Below, piece by piece: positions 26,947-38,814 of a stretch of DNA of 64,000 nt. The position numbers and the translations under genes are program-made. The DNA is from Octopus sinensis (taxonomy: Eukaryota), in the NCBI RefSeq assembly GCF_006345805.1, contig NC_043000.1, positions 124,558,001-124,622,000 on the forward strand. Direction: 5' to 3'. The notes beneath the pieces were generated by a model. It saw only the letters and a list, made by a program, of their open reading frames with translations, searched no databases and was not told where the DNA came from. The first letter of the stretch is position 1; each line of letters starts with the position of its first letter.

Positions 26947-27129
26947 ATAGGCGTAGGAGTGGCTGTGTGGTTAAGTTGCTTGCTTACCAACCACATGGTT
27001 CCGGGTTCAGTCCCACTGCATGGCACCTTGGGTAAGTGTCTTCTACTATAGCCTAGCGCCGACCAAAGACTTTTGAGTGGATTTGGTAGACGGAAACTGA
27101 AAGAAGCCTGTCGTATATATGTCTCTATA

Positions 27130-27165
<36 letters not shown>

Positions 27166-27371
27166 TGTATGTATGTGTGTGTATACGTTTGTGTGTCTGT
27201 GTTTGTCCCCCCAACATCGCTTGACAACCGATGCTGGTGTGTTACGTCCCCATAACTTAGCGGTTCGGCAAAAGAGACCGATAGAATAAGTACTAGGCTT
27301 ACAAAGAATAAGTCCTGGGGTCGATTTGCTCGAATAAAGGTGGTACTCTAGCATGGCCACAGTCAAATGAC
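26947..27371 (+). mobile_element. Family A SINE, near-consensus copy
   Basis: GGCGTAGGAGTGGCTGTGTGG...GGTTCAGTCCC; CpGs largely retained. Confidence 0.92.
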
Positions 27372-27720
27372 GATCTCACTCGTATGGTACTCTTAGCACT
27401 CCACTAGCAATGGATGCCGGTCACCGAGTTTGATTTCGACTTCACGTGCCTCAACAGGTCTTCACAATCGAGTTTGATTCCGACTGTTCTTCACAAGCAG
27501 AGTTTAGTGTTCAATGAAGAAAAGGCATGCATAAGTGGACTGGTTACACCTCTAGCATAGGCCACAAGGTTATGGTCACACTTGCGCTTGCCGAGTCTTC
27601 TGGAGCATAGCATACTTCCAGAGGTCCCGTCCCTAGTCATTGCCTCGGTGAGGACCAATGTTTAAAGGTCCTGCTTCACCACCTCATCCCAGGTCTTCCT
27701 GGGTCTACCTATTCCACAGG
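27372..27720 (-). mobile_element. RTE LINE 3' end with 3' UTR
   Basis: CGIGRPRKTWDEVVKQDL*TL; related to the end of the 37310-38765 element. Confidence 0.8.
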
Positions 27721-27949
27721 TAGTAGATAAATATTGCTAAGTAGAACATTCTTGCAAAGTTCTTAAAATATTTAGTTAACCTGAACAGTCACATTTAAGA
27801 TATATGATTCTTTTACTTGTTTCAGTCATTTGGCTGTGGCCATGCTGGAGCACTGCCTTAAATGGTATACATAAATATGATATCACACCCACATATACAT
27901 GTGCACCTAAATATGTTCACATGCACTGGCACATGTATATGCATATTAT

Positions 27950-27984
<35 letters not shown>

Positions 27985-28020
27985 GAAGAGTCAGTGAATT
28001 AGGCACTTAAATTGGGGCAC

Positions 28021-28182
28021 CTTGCCAGTTCGGTATAGTCCATACAGCCCAACTATATTATTTGGATATTGAATATCAAGACTCCATGTAGGGTTATTTG
28101 TTCTTAATATTCCTGTCATGTATACAGACAATACATCCCAGTTAGTGAAGATATCGGCTCTTGGTAATTCAGGCATGAAGTT
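28021..28182 (-). CDS. Candidate 162-nt exon (NFMPELPRADIFTNWDVLSVYMTGILRTNNPTWSLDIQYPNNIVGLYGLYRTGK)
   Basis: Non-repetitive open frame (ORF 27991-28176) bounded by ag and aag|gtgccc; splice sites only moderate. Confidence 0.35.
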
Positions 28183-28247
28183 CTTATAAAGTTACTTTGT
28201 ATAGTATTTCCAAACTGCAGATTCCAAGTTAGGTGACATTCTATATA

Positions 28248-28306
<59 letters not shown>

Positions 28307-28344
28307 CATACATATATATATAGATATATATATATATTATATAT

Positions 28345-28377
<33 letters not shown>

Positions 28378-28411
28378 TATAATATATATATATGTTATAT
28401 ATATATATACG

Positions 28412-28927
28412 CTAGCAATATAACCCGGCTTTGCCCGGGATTAAGTAGTATTATAAAGCTAATCAAGTTCTTTATTTCAAACCAAACTAAGTAACACTGA
28501 CGTCAGATTGGGTGAAATCCATTCAAATTGGTTTTTATATATACATATGGGCAACACACACACACATACACACACGTACGTAGGTACACCTATTGCATAC
28601 ATGTTTTTTGTACACATACATGTTCGTGTGTGTGTTGCCCGTATATCAACAAAACACTTTTTTCCTCAATGGAAAAAAAACAATAAAAGTCTTAAAAAAA
28701 CTTACTTGTTGTTAGAAGGGGACTTAACTCCTGTTTGCAAACAACAATGATTTCTCCAACTTGAAAATTGTTAAAAGTTTGGGTTGAAAATTGATTTTTA
28801 CTGCTATTTGCTGGTGCTTCTGGGAAAAATGAGTTGACGAAAATACAGTTAGGGTTATGACGAATGTCCTCCTAAAATTGGAGCAATAGACGTGCTAATT
28901 TGTGGACATGCATAAATTACATTCACG

Positions 28928-28958
<31 letters not shown>

Positions 28959-28976
28959 GCCTTTAATATATACAGA
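28412..28976 (-). mobile_element. Non-autonomous Helitron, second family
   Basis: Minus strand begins A|TCTGTATATATTAAAG and ends with a CCCGGGCAAAGCCGGG hairpin then CTAG; 3' flank is C rather than the canonical T; carries (CA)n. Confidence 0.75.
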
Positions 28977-29254
28977 TATACATACATAGAAAAAAGTAAA
29001 CATACATATATATTATATGAATATACACTCACCCAAATTTATATTTATGCCACAGAACCTCTCAGAACTAGAAACCATTTCGTATTATCCTAGACTAATA
29101 TGATTATCTTTGAAGTCAATCAAGAGATATCAATATAAGAAGTCCCCAGAAACCATGAACACAAAGTATGTTCAACCTTATGGAAATGAAGGACAACTCA
29201 GAATAACGAGACCCCAAGATATCAAAGATTCACAAACAAGCATTTCAAACATAC

Positions 29255-29342
29255 ATTCCTCTCTTCAGCTGCCTAACAGATATCACTATGGTTGTACCAT
29301 TCAATTCAGTGGTATCAACAGTAACAAAAACATAAAAGCTGC
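29255..29342 (-). CDS. Candidate 88-nt exon (SFYVFVTVDTTELNGTTIVISVRQLKRG)
   Basis: Strong acceptor cttgtcttttgattcctag, donor aat|gtatgt, open frame phase 1 to 2. Confidence 0.45.
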
Positions 29343-29392
29343 CTAGGAATCAAAAGACAAGCAGTAGGAGTGAAACATTAGCATCATATTAC

Positions 29393-29602
29393 TCTCTTTT
29401 ACTCTTTTACTTGTTTCAGTCATTTGACTGCGGCCATGCTGGAGCACCGCCTTTAGTCGGGCAAATCGACCCCAGGACTTATTCTTTGTAAACCCAGTAC
29501 TTATTCTATCGGTCTCTTTTGCCAAACCACTAAGTGACGGGTACGTAAACACACCAGCATCGGTTGTCAAGCAATGCTAGGGGGACAAACACAGATACAC
29601 AA

Positions 29603-29673
<71 letters not shown>

Positions 29674-29836
29674 TATATATATATATACATATATACGACA
29701 GGCTTCTTTCAGTTTCCATCTACCAAATCCACTCACATGGCATTGGTCGGCTCGGGCTATAGCAGAAGACACTTGTCGAAGATGCCACACAGTGGGACTG
29801 AACCTGGAACCATGTGGTTGGTTAGCAAGCTACTTA
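29393..29836 (-). mobile_element. Family A SINE
   Basis: Reverse complement of family A. Confidence 0.9.
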
Positions 29837-30333
29837 CCACACAGCCACTCTGTGTCCATTTTTCCACCGTTCTTCAATGTGCATTCAACTCTCAATGGAG
29901 ATGCAGGGACACCGTCACAGCAAATGATGTTTCTTAGGCATTTTAAATCTAGTGGGACCCCTCCTGCTCTGGGTTACACATCACACACATACATACATGT
30001 CTGTTTTTGTATAAAGCTATATATAAAAACAGTTAAAAAACATATTAAAGGATCACTCAATACTTTTCAGTAGAATATCATATTCTTTTATTGTTTTATT
30101 CTTTTACTTGTTTCATTTAATTTTTCCACAATTTAATTGTTTTTCATGCTTTACTGTTTAATGTAAGTTAAATAAGTCGCAAAGACTGGTACTAAAAATG
30201 TTCTTCATGATGAAATTATTTTAGCATTTTCTACCATGTCTTATTTTCCTTAAATATCTATATATATATATATATATAGGCGAGAGAAAGTTGGTGTGGT
30301 ATATATACACAGACACACACACCACACGTATGG

Positions 30334-30384
<51 letters not shown>

Positions 30385-30397
30385 CACACACACACAC

Positions 30398-30432
<35 letters not shown>

Positions 30433-30768
30433 TGTGTATGTAGACACATACAAATACACACACATGCACACAGTAATACATACATACACGTACACACACA
30501 TAAATATAAGTGAGTATAGATGAATTCTTTTGTGCACGTTTATTGACATAAATGTATGTGTTTCTCCTTCTATGGTCTATTTGTATGAACACACACACAC
30601 ATATCATTGCATGCCTTAGCTGTATCACATGATTATAATGTATTTCCAAATATACTGAGTCACAGAGATAATTAGGTATCTCTCTCTCCCCTCCCCTCCT
30701 CTCTCTCTTTGAATGCTAATATTACAGGTAGCATACATATGTCAATCAGGTGTTGCATAAATGCTTAC

Positions 30769-30829
30769 ATATATAACTAAAGCTTTTTGTCATTTCCACA
30801 AAGGGACACAGTAACATACATAGCTGATC
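30769..30829 (-). CDS. Candidate 61-nt exon (DQLCMLLCPFVEMTKSFSYI)
   Basis: Donor tat|gtaagc; only one frame open; phase 0 to 1 matches the 29342 exon. Confidence 0.33.
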
Positions 30830-31077
30830 CTGACATATGTAGTATGTGTGCGTGTGTGCGTGCATGTGTGTGTGTGCGTGTGTATGTGTGTGCATGTGTG
30901 TGTGAGTGTGTGTGTTTGCGTGTGTGTGTGTGTATGTGTGTGTGTATATGTGTATATGTGTATATGTGTGTGTGCATGTGTGTGTGTACGTGTGTATTTA
31001 TACATAGAGTCACAAGACATAAAACATAACTTAATGGTTATGTTTGTATGGTGTGCATGTGTATGTAAACACATACA

Positions 31078-31114
<37 letters not shown>

Positions 31115-31269
31115 TTACATTTACTTGCTTATCAGTGAGTGTGAGTGTGTTGTGTGTCTGTGCATGTGCGAGCATGTGTATATATATATTATATGTGTGT
31201 GTGTGTGCGTGCATGGGCATATATATTATATATATATTATATATATATATATAAAATTTATATATTAAA

Positions 31270-31615
31270 AAACTTGACTTCGTCGGTCATGAATGACCAT
31301 GGCTGCATCTAAGAGGTTCCCCTCTGGGGTACAAGTCTGGGTGGAAATTTGCCTTACCGGTGAATGCACAACCTAGGGTTATTTTTATGGAAGACCAGCA
31401 GTCGCCCACGCATATCACCCTCCTCTCTCCACACCATTCATGTAATCCAAGGGAAAGGCAAAGGCTGACACAGCTTGGCACCAGTGACATTGCGACTCGT
31501 TTCTACAGCTGAGTGAACTAAAGTGTCTTGCACAAGAACACAACATGCAACCTGGTCCGAGAATCAAACTCACAACCTCATGATTGTAAGCATGATGCTC
31601 TAACCACTGAGCCTT
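31270..31615 (-). mobile_element. tRNA-derived SINE
   Basis: Minus strand GGCTCAGTGGTTAGAGC...GAGTTTGATTCTC then GTGTTCTTGTGCAAGACACTT. Confidence 0.8.
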
Positions 31616-31939
31616 CACATACATATCTATATCTATATATATAAACACGCACATGGTGTGTGTGTGTGTGTGTGCGTGTATATATATATATTGGCAGTAG
31701 ATCATATATCTAAAAAAAGTTACCCCCTTAGATTAGTAATGTATTTATAAGAAGTTAATTATACAGCTGGTCATAGAGTGACCAATGGCTTTGCATCCAT
31801 AAAGATTTTAGCCTTCGAGATGGGTCATTGGACTCTAATGGCCACAGGCACATAACTTCTTTTCAAGTTACAGGTTACAGTCAGTTATTTTTGTAAACAA
31901 AAAAAAAAAAAGTAAAGTAGACACAAATCTGTGTGTGCG

Positions 31940-32005
<66 letters not shown>

Positions 32006-33080
32006 TATATATATATATATATATATCATCATCATCATCATCATCATCATAATCGTTTAACGTCCGTTTTCCATGCTAGGATGGGTTGGACAGTTCAACT
32101 GGGGTCTGGGAAGCCAGAAGGCTGCGCCAGGCCCAGTCTGATCTGGCAGTGTTTCTACAGCTTGATGCCCTTCCTACACACACATATATAAATGTATATA
32201 TATGTACACACATATATAAATGTATATATATATATGTAAATACATACATATATACTTACTTATTTACATATATAATGGCTACATCTCTTATCCATCTATC
32301 TATCTATCTATATATGTATTATGTATATATTAGAAAGGAAGAATGAAAAAGCAGAACATGTGGTTTCACTTTAGAGCACTTAATCTATAATTGAAACATA
32401 AATGCAGAGTTTTTAGAGCAATAAAGTGATTAAGAATTTGTGCATAAAGTCTCTTACAGCTGTTTCTAGAATAGCCGTGCTTATGGTGGAAATCTCATTG
32501 AGGTAAGACTTCCATTTAAAATCCAACTATCCCATCTTCAGAGAGGAAGAATTTAAGGAATATCCTTAGTCAAGGATATTAGTAGTTACCAGTTCCATCA
32601 TTGAAAAAAGAGTAAAGTAGATTCTGAGTGGAAGGTCTGTGAGGACTAAGAGGAATACAGAACAGTATGAAGACAAGATAGAATCCATGAGAGCAGATAG
32701 AGACTAACTGTTATAGTGAAGGCATTATATAGCTTAAAAGTTAGGGTGTGTATAAAGTATATGAGGAGTTTTCGCCAGGTGACACAAACTAATTAGTACG
32801 TGCTCTGAATGCTCAATTTGGTATGCCCCTAACACCACCCCACCACGGTTTGAACTGCGGTTGAACATGTGATGTTGAAGCTGCTTTTCTGAAGTGGCTA
32901 AGTAGGAGTAGTTTCTCCTTGAGCAGGTAGGTATAGATTAAAACAGAAATGAAAAGGCAAAAACGTTTGGCAAGACTTGACAAGGACATTTAATTTAGTA
33001 TCTTATATATATATCTGAATTAAATGTTCTTGTCAAGTCTTGCCAAACATTTTTGCCTTTTCATTTCTGAGTTAGAGGGG

Positions 33081-33084
<4 letters not shown>

Positions 33085-33112
<28 letters not shown>

Positions 33113-33453
33113 TGTACGTATGTATGTATATATGCTATTATTCAGTTTATTTCAAGATTTCTTGCCAGTAGAGAAAGAACTGGTTTCCAACCTAGATCTA
33201 AGGTTCCTTCATTGAAATTCCAACATCAACAACAGGGTATGTATGTATGTATGTATGTATGTATGTATGTATGTATGTATGTATGTATGTATGTATGTAT
33301 GTATGTATGTATGTATGTATGCATGCATGCATGAATGTATGTATGTATGTATGTATGTATGTATGTATGTATGTTATGTATTGTGTGGTGTGTGTGGGTG
33401 TGTGTATGTATGTATGTATGTATGTATGTATGTATGTATGTATGTATGTATGT

Positions 33454-33493
<40 letters not shown>

Positions 33494-33600
33494 ATGTATG
33501 TATGTATGTATGTATGTATGTGTGTATGTATGTATGTATGTGTGTGTGTGTTTGCATGTATGCATGCATGCATGCATGCATGTATGTATGTGCATATTTT
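33085..33600. repeat. (TATG)n/(TG)n compound microsatellite
   Basis: Direct reading. Confidence 0.95.
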
Positions 33601-34216
33601 TATGTTTTATGTATATATTCTCATGCATATAATTACATATCTAGACATAGCTTGACTTGCTCGTATATATTTTAAATGATTAACTTCTGGAAAGTTTTAC
33701 AGATTGTGTATGTATGTATGTATGTATGTGTATGTATGTATGTGTTTGTATGTGTGAGTGTGTGTGTATGTGTGTCCACACATGTATACATATATGTATA
33801 CATATATGTATACACACAAACATATATATACATATGTATACACATGCATATATACATATATACGCACAAACATACATACACATACATGTGCATATATGTA
33901 CACACACACACACAAACGAACAGGGGGACACTGAAATAAGCAAAGAAGGGGAGGTTTAGTTATCAAGTGTGAAGAAGACCATATAGTCATTTGTAGCAGT
34001 GACAAAGTCCAGGGTGGGTTAGCTGTATCAGATAGCCAAAGAGTACGGAGAAACACTTAAGGATTGCAAACAAGATAGAGAAGATCTTCAGACAATAACA
34101 GTTTAGCATTGTGATTCCAGCATGGTGTGTGATGGGGAAGGAATTATACTAAGAACTAGGAATGAGTCTATAGGGTAGATTAAGGTTTTCTGGTGTCTTG
34201 GGAGTGTCATTATGCC

Positions 34217-34251
<35 letters not shown>

Positions 34252-34267
34252 TAATAATAATAATAAT

Positions 34268-34667
34268 ACCAGTTGAGCATGTCCCTTAGTGACTGACAAT
34301 ATGTGCATCTCTGATCACAAGCGGAAGTTGTGGGGGAGCATCATAGCCATGTGTTGAGAGGGATTCTATGGAGTTTGAATGATTCACCTCTGGAAACATA
34401 GGTGTTTCATTCAACATCCTTAAACAACTCTTATTCAAGGACCTTTTGAGCTGGATGGGTTACTCGACCAGAAGAAAATTCTAACTGGGCACCACCTGCA
34501 AGGTCATGTGCTGTTTATCTTCATATGAGATCACCATGTCGTGCACATATGGTTGTGATGCATGTGCCTGGTGTACCCTTATCAGACGGGTAGTCATGAT
34601 GGGTATACTGGGCTTCGTATATTTTACCCCAGTGTCACTTTGATGGCATGCACTGCTCTCTCACTCA

Positions 34668-34669
<2 letters not shown>
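34268..34669 (-). mobile_element. Non-coding interspersed element family F embedded in (AAT)n
   Basis: Overlapping copies at 48160-48430 and 57415-57600; (AAT)n on both sides here. Confidence 0.75.
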
Positions 34670-34699
<30 letters not shown>

Positions 34700-35319
34700 T
34701 ATTATTTCTTTATTACCCACAAGGGGCTAAACATAGAGGGGACAAACAAAGACAGACATAGGTATTAAGATGATTACATCGACCCCAGTGCGTAACTGGT
34801 ACTTAATTTATCGACCCCGAAAGGATGAAAAGCAAAGTTGACCTCGGCGGAATTTGAACTCAGAACGTTCAAATTCCGCCGAGGTTGACTTTAATAATAA
34901 TAATAACACACACACAGAGGCTCAATTCCACTTCTTTATTGTTAGTCAGTTGGTTAGATATCTAACCAACTAACTAATCGATCATTTGTTTAATGTGTTT
35001 GTAAAACAATGAATTGGTTATTTGTTTGTTCATCAAAGTTCTTTTGTAACTGTTTGTGACCTTTTCAGTGACCCAGGACTTCCTTACTCACTCTTGTAAA
35101 CTAAATTCAAGAATGAAATAGATAAAGGTGTTAGCTACAAAAAATGTAAGAAAAATATTGAGTTCAATGGCAGTGAATAAAATATTAATTTATCACTAGA
35201 TTCGAATAAAGTGAGATATAACAGATTAAGATAAAATAAAATGAATTAAAATAAAGTTAAAGTAAAGTAGAGTAGATAAAGAGATTAAATAAATCAAGTA
35301 AAGTAAATGTCATTTTCAT

Positions 35320-36022
35320 CATCATTTAAAGTCCGTTTTACATACTTGTGTAGGTTGAACAGTTTGACCAGAGATAGCAAGCAGGAGAGCTGTACCAGGT
35401 TTTAATCTGATTTGGCTTGGTTTCTATGGATGGATGCCTTTCCTAACACCAATCACTTTATAGAGTGAGCTGGATGCATTTATGTGGCATCAGTATGGGT
35501 GCTTTTTACCTGAACCAGCACAGGAGGATTTTATGTGGACCTGCAAGGGCATTTTTAAATGTGGACTGGCATGGGTGCTCTTTATATGGACTGGCACAGG
35601 TGTTTTTTACATGGACTGCTTAATATAGAAAGTGCCGATGGCACATAAAAAACACCATTCGAGCGTGGTTGTTACCTGTGTCGCCTTACTGGCACTTGTG
35701 CTGGTGGTATGTGAAAAAACATTCGAGCGTGGTCATTGCCAGTGCCACTGGACTGGCTCCTGTGCAGGTGGCACGTACAAAGCACCATTTGAGCATGGCT
35801 GTTGCGAGTATCGCCTGACTGGCCCTCATGCTGGTGGCACGTAAAAGCACCCACTACACTCTCGGAGTGGTTAGCGTTAGGAAGGGCATCCAGCTGTAGA
35901 AACTCTGCCAGATCAGACTGGAGCCTGGTGCAGCCATCTGGTTCGCCAGACCTCAGTCAAATCGTCCAACCCATGCTAGCATGGAAAGCGGACGTTAAAC
36001 GACAATGATGATGATGATGATG
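35320..36022. mobile_element. Head-to-head pair of family C retroposons (- then +)
   Basis: Left copy begins with CATCATCATTTAAAGTCCG; right copy ends GGACGTTAAACGAC(AAT)(GAT)n. Confidence 0.8.
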
Positions 36023-36284
36023 AATATGTAAATTATAAGCTAGATGAAGGATGAAAATATAATAAGGTATTGCTATAGAAATTAAGTGTTGTATGATAGG
36101 TTAAGGCAGAAGAATAAAATAGAGCAAAATATACATAATCAGACACAATTTTATCTGTACTCTGTTCTATGTATTTACACTTCTTATAAGAACTGCTAGA
36201 ATGCAGCAGCTACGTAGATATATATTGTCATAGGGCTAAGTGAAATGGCAAGGAGAAAGAATGAAGTACTTATTAAAAAGTCAC

Positions 36285-36341
36285 CTGAGGAAATGCAGTC
36301 TATGTCTGTGATGCAAGGTAATTGATTGTACTGCATCTCAC
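36285..36341 (-). CDS. Candidate 57-nt exon (EMQYNQLPCITDIDCISS)
   Basis: Acceptor ctgtacctcatag, donor cag|gtgact; single open frame, phase 1 to 1. Confidence 0.3.
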
Positions 36342-36745
36342 CTATGAGGTACAGGTCCGTAATGTATTGAAACAATTGTAATGAATTTGAATAAAAAATT
36401 TCATGAATTCCCTTTTCTGGCTCTGATCTATGTATGTTTGTATGTATGCATTGTTAAGTTAATAAATTGGTTCACATTATGTTCATACTGACATCACTAA
36501 TACTTTATTATATGTTATGTAATTTGATCACAGTATACAAGCAGGACATAAACGTATTTCATGCTTGGTTATTCATTTAATCAGACTATTTTTTTTTACT
36601 ATACATTACATTACATACTTATTAACCTGAGGGGAGGCAATGTGAGCAGCAACTAAAGGAAATTTACAAAATCCACAGAAAGATTAAACACATACATATA
36701 TTCATATGTCACTAGCGATCTCAAGATATAACTTTGTATTTTGTA

Positions 36746-36780
<35 letters not shown>

Positions 36781-36781
<1 letters not shown>

Positions 36782-37290
36782 TAGCAGTATCGCCCGGCGT
36801 TGCTCGGGTTTGTAAGGGAAATAACTATATAAGCATTTTTAGAGAGTTACTTCCCTTATAGATGCCAATTCGGGCTTTCTTAGCCATTTCTGTTTTGGTG
36901 TCTTCAAGCCATGAAGTCGTTGTTCTAAAAGAACGCTGGTCTCCTTGACAACGCTTTACGACGTTGATTTCCTTACACTCCCTTCCCCACAGCTTCACGG
37001 GGGAGAAGAAGGGGGAGGAAGCAAACAGGTGCAGGTGTGACCATGGACGCCAACTCCGCCGCCATCGACACACGAAAAATTATGCATTAAAATGGAATAA
37101 AAAATGATGTTAAATTATTTTTAAAATCGTAGACTCATCGTAGACGCACGCTAATACTCAGACAGGCTCGATATGAATCACGACTATAAGATACCCGAAT
37201 TTGGTTAAACTGTACCGCAAAATGTGGGAGTAGTTAGGAATCTAGATCGAAGGAGACAGACACTCACACAACTACAGTTTTATATATATA
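36781..37290 (-). mobile_element. Non-autonomous Helitron, same family as 61881-62280, with an extra internal segment
   Basis: 3' hairpin CCCGAGCAACGCCGGG + CTAG|T; the first ~70 nt are identical to the 61881 copy; 5' end merges into (TA)n. Confidence 0.85.
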
Positions 37291-37309
37291 TATATATATA
37301 TAATATATA

Positions 37310-38765
37310 TGCTACAAAGGTAAAGGTGATGCCCTAGATACAAATAATTACAGAGGTATCAAGCTGTTGGATCAGGTGATGAAGGTTACAGAGAGGGTCA
37401 TAAGCCAACTAATTAGAGAGAGAGTTAGTTTAGATGAGATGCAGTTTGGTTTCGTGCCAGGGAAAAGTACCACTGATGCTATATTCCTGTAAGGCAGCTG
37501 CAGGAGAAATACCTAGCCAAAGATAAGCCCCTGTACCTGGCTTTTGTTGACATGAGAAAGCCTTCGACAGGGTCCCCCGATCCCTCATATGGTGGTCAAT
37601 GAGGAAACTAGGAATAGATGAATGGTTAGTGAGAGCTGTGCAAGCCATGTACAGGGACGCTGCTAGTAAGGTGAGGGTTGGAAATGAGTACAGTGAAGAA
37701 TTCCGGGTAGAGGTAGGGGTCCACCAAGGCTCAGTCCTCAGCCCCCTCCTATTTATCATAGTCCTCCAGGCAATAACGGAGGAATTCAAGACAGGATGCC
37801 CCTGGGAGCTCCTCTATACTGATGACCTTGCTCTAATTGCTGAGTCATTATCAGAACTGGAGAAGAAGTTTCAGGTGTGGAAGAATGGTTTAGAATCGAA
37901 GGGCCTTAGAGTCAACCTAGCTAAAACCAAAGTCCTAATAAGTAGGAAGGTAGACAAATCACAAACGCCTTCAGGTAGATGGCCCTGCTCGATCTGTAGA
38001 AAAGGTGTAGGTAGTAACTCTATAAGATGCACCAAGTGTAAGCTATGGACACATAAGAGGTGCAGCAATGTCATAGGAAGGCTAACTAGGAAGATGGTTT
38101 TTGTATGTGGCAGATGCTCGGGAGCATTAACCTCTGAAAATCTGCAGAAAACAACTTCCGTCACTTTCCAGGGGGAAAAACTAGAAGTAGTTGATAGCTT
38201 CCGTTATCTTGGTGACCAAGTCAGTAGTGGGGGTGGGTGTGCTGAAAGTGTAACGGCTAGAGTAAGAATAGCCTGGGCAAAGTTTAGGGAGCTCTTACCT
38301 CTGTTGGTGACTAAAGGCCTCTCGCTCAGAGTAAAAGGCAGACTGTATGATGCATGTGTACGAACAGCCATGCTACATGGCAGTGAAACATGGGCCGTGA
38401 CTGCTGAGGACATGCGTAAGCTCGTGAGAAATGAAGCTAGTATGCTCCGTTGGATGTGTAATGTCAGTGTTCATAGTCGACAGAGTGTAAGTACCTTGAG
38501 AGAAAAGTTGGACCTAAGAGGAATCAGATGTTGTGTGCAAGAGAGACGATTGCGCTGGTATGGTCATGTGGTGAGAATGGATGAAGATAGGTGTGTGAAA
38601 AAGTGCCACACCCTGGCAGTTGAGGGGACCTGGGAAGAGGTAGACCCAGGAAAACCTGGGTCGAGGTGGTGAAGCACGACCTTCGAACTCTAGGTCTCAC
38701 CAAGGAAATGACCAGAGACCGAGACCTATGGAAGTATGCTGTGCATGAGAGAACCCCGGCAAGAC
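37310..38765 (+). mobile_element. 5'-truncated RTE-clade LINE: RT domain with internal C4HC3 finger, frameshifted
   Basis: YKGKGD...NYRGIKLL, QFGF, AFVD, GVHQGSVLSPLLF, LLYTDDL (YADD variant), FRYLG, RRLRWYGHV; ORF 37599-38672. Confidence 0.95.
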
Positions 38766-38814
38766 CAGTGAGAACAATCAAAATCAAATCATATATCAGA
38801 AAGCAGGGGTTAAG

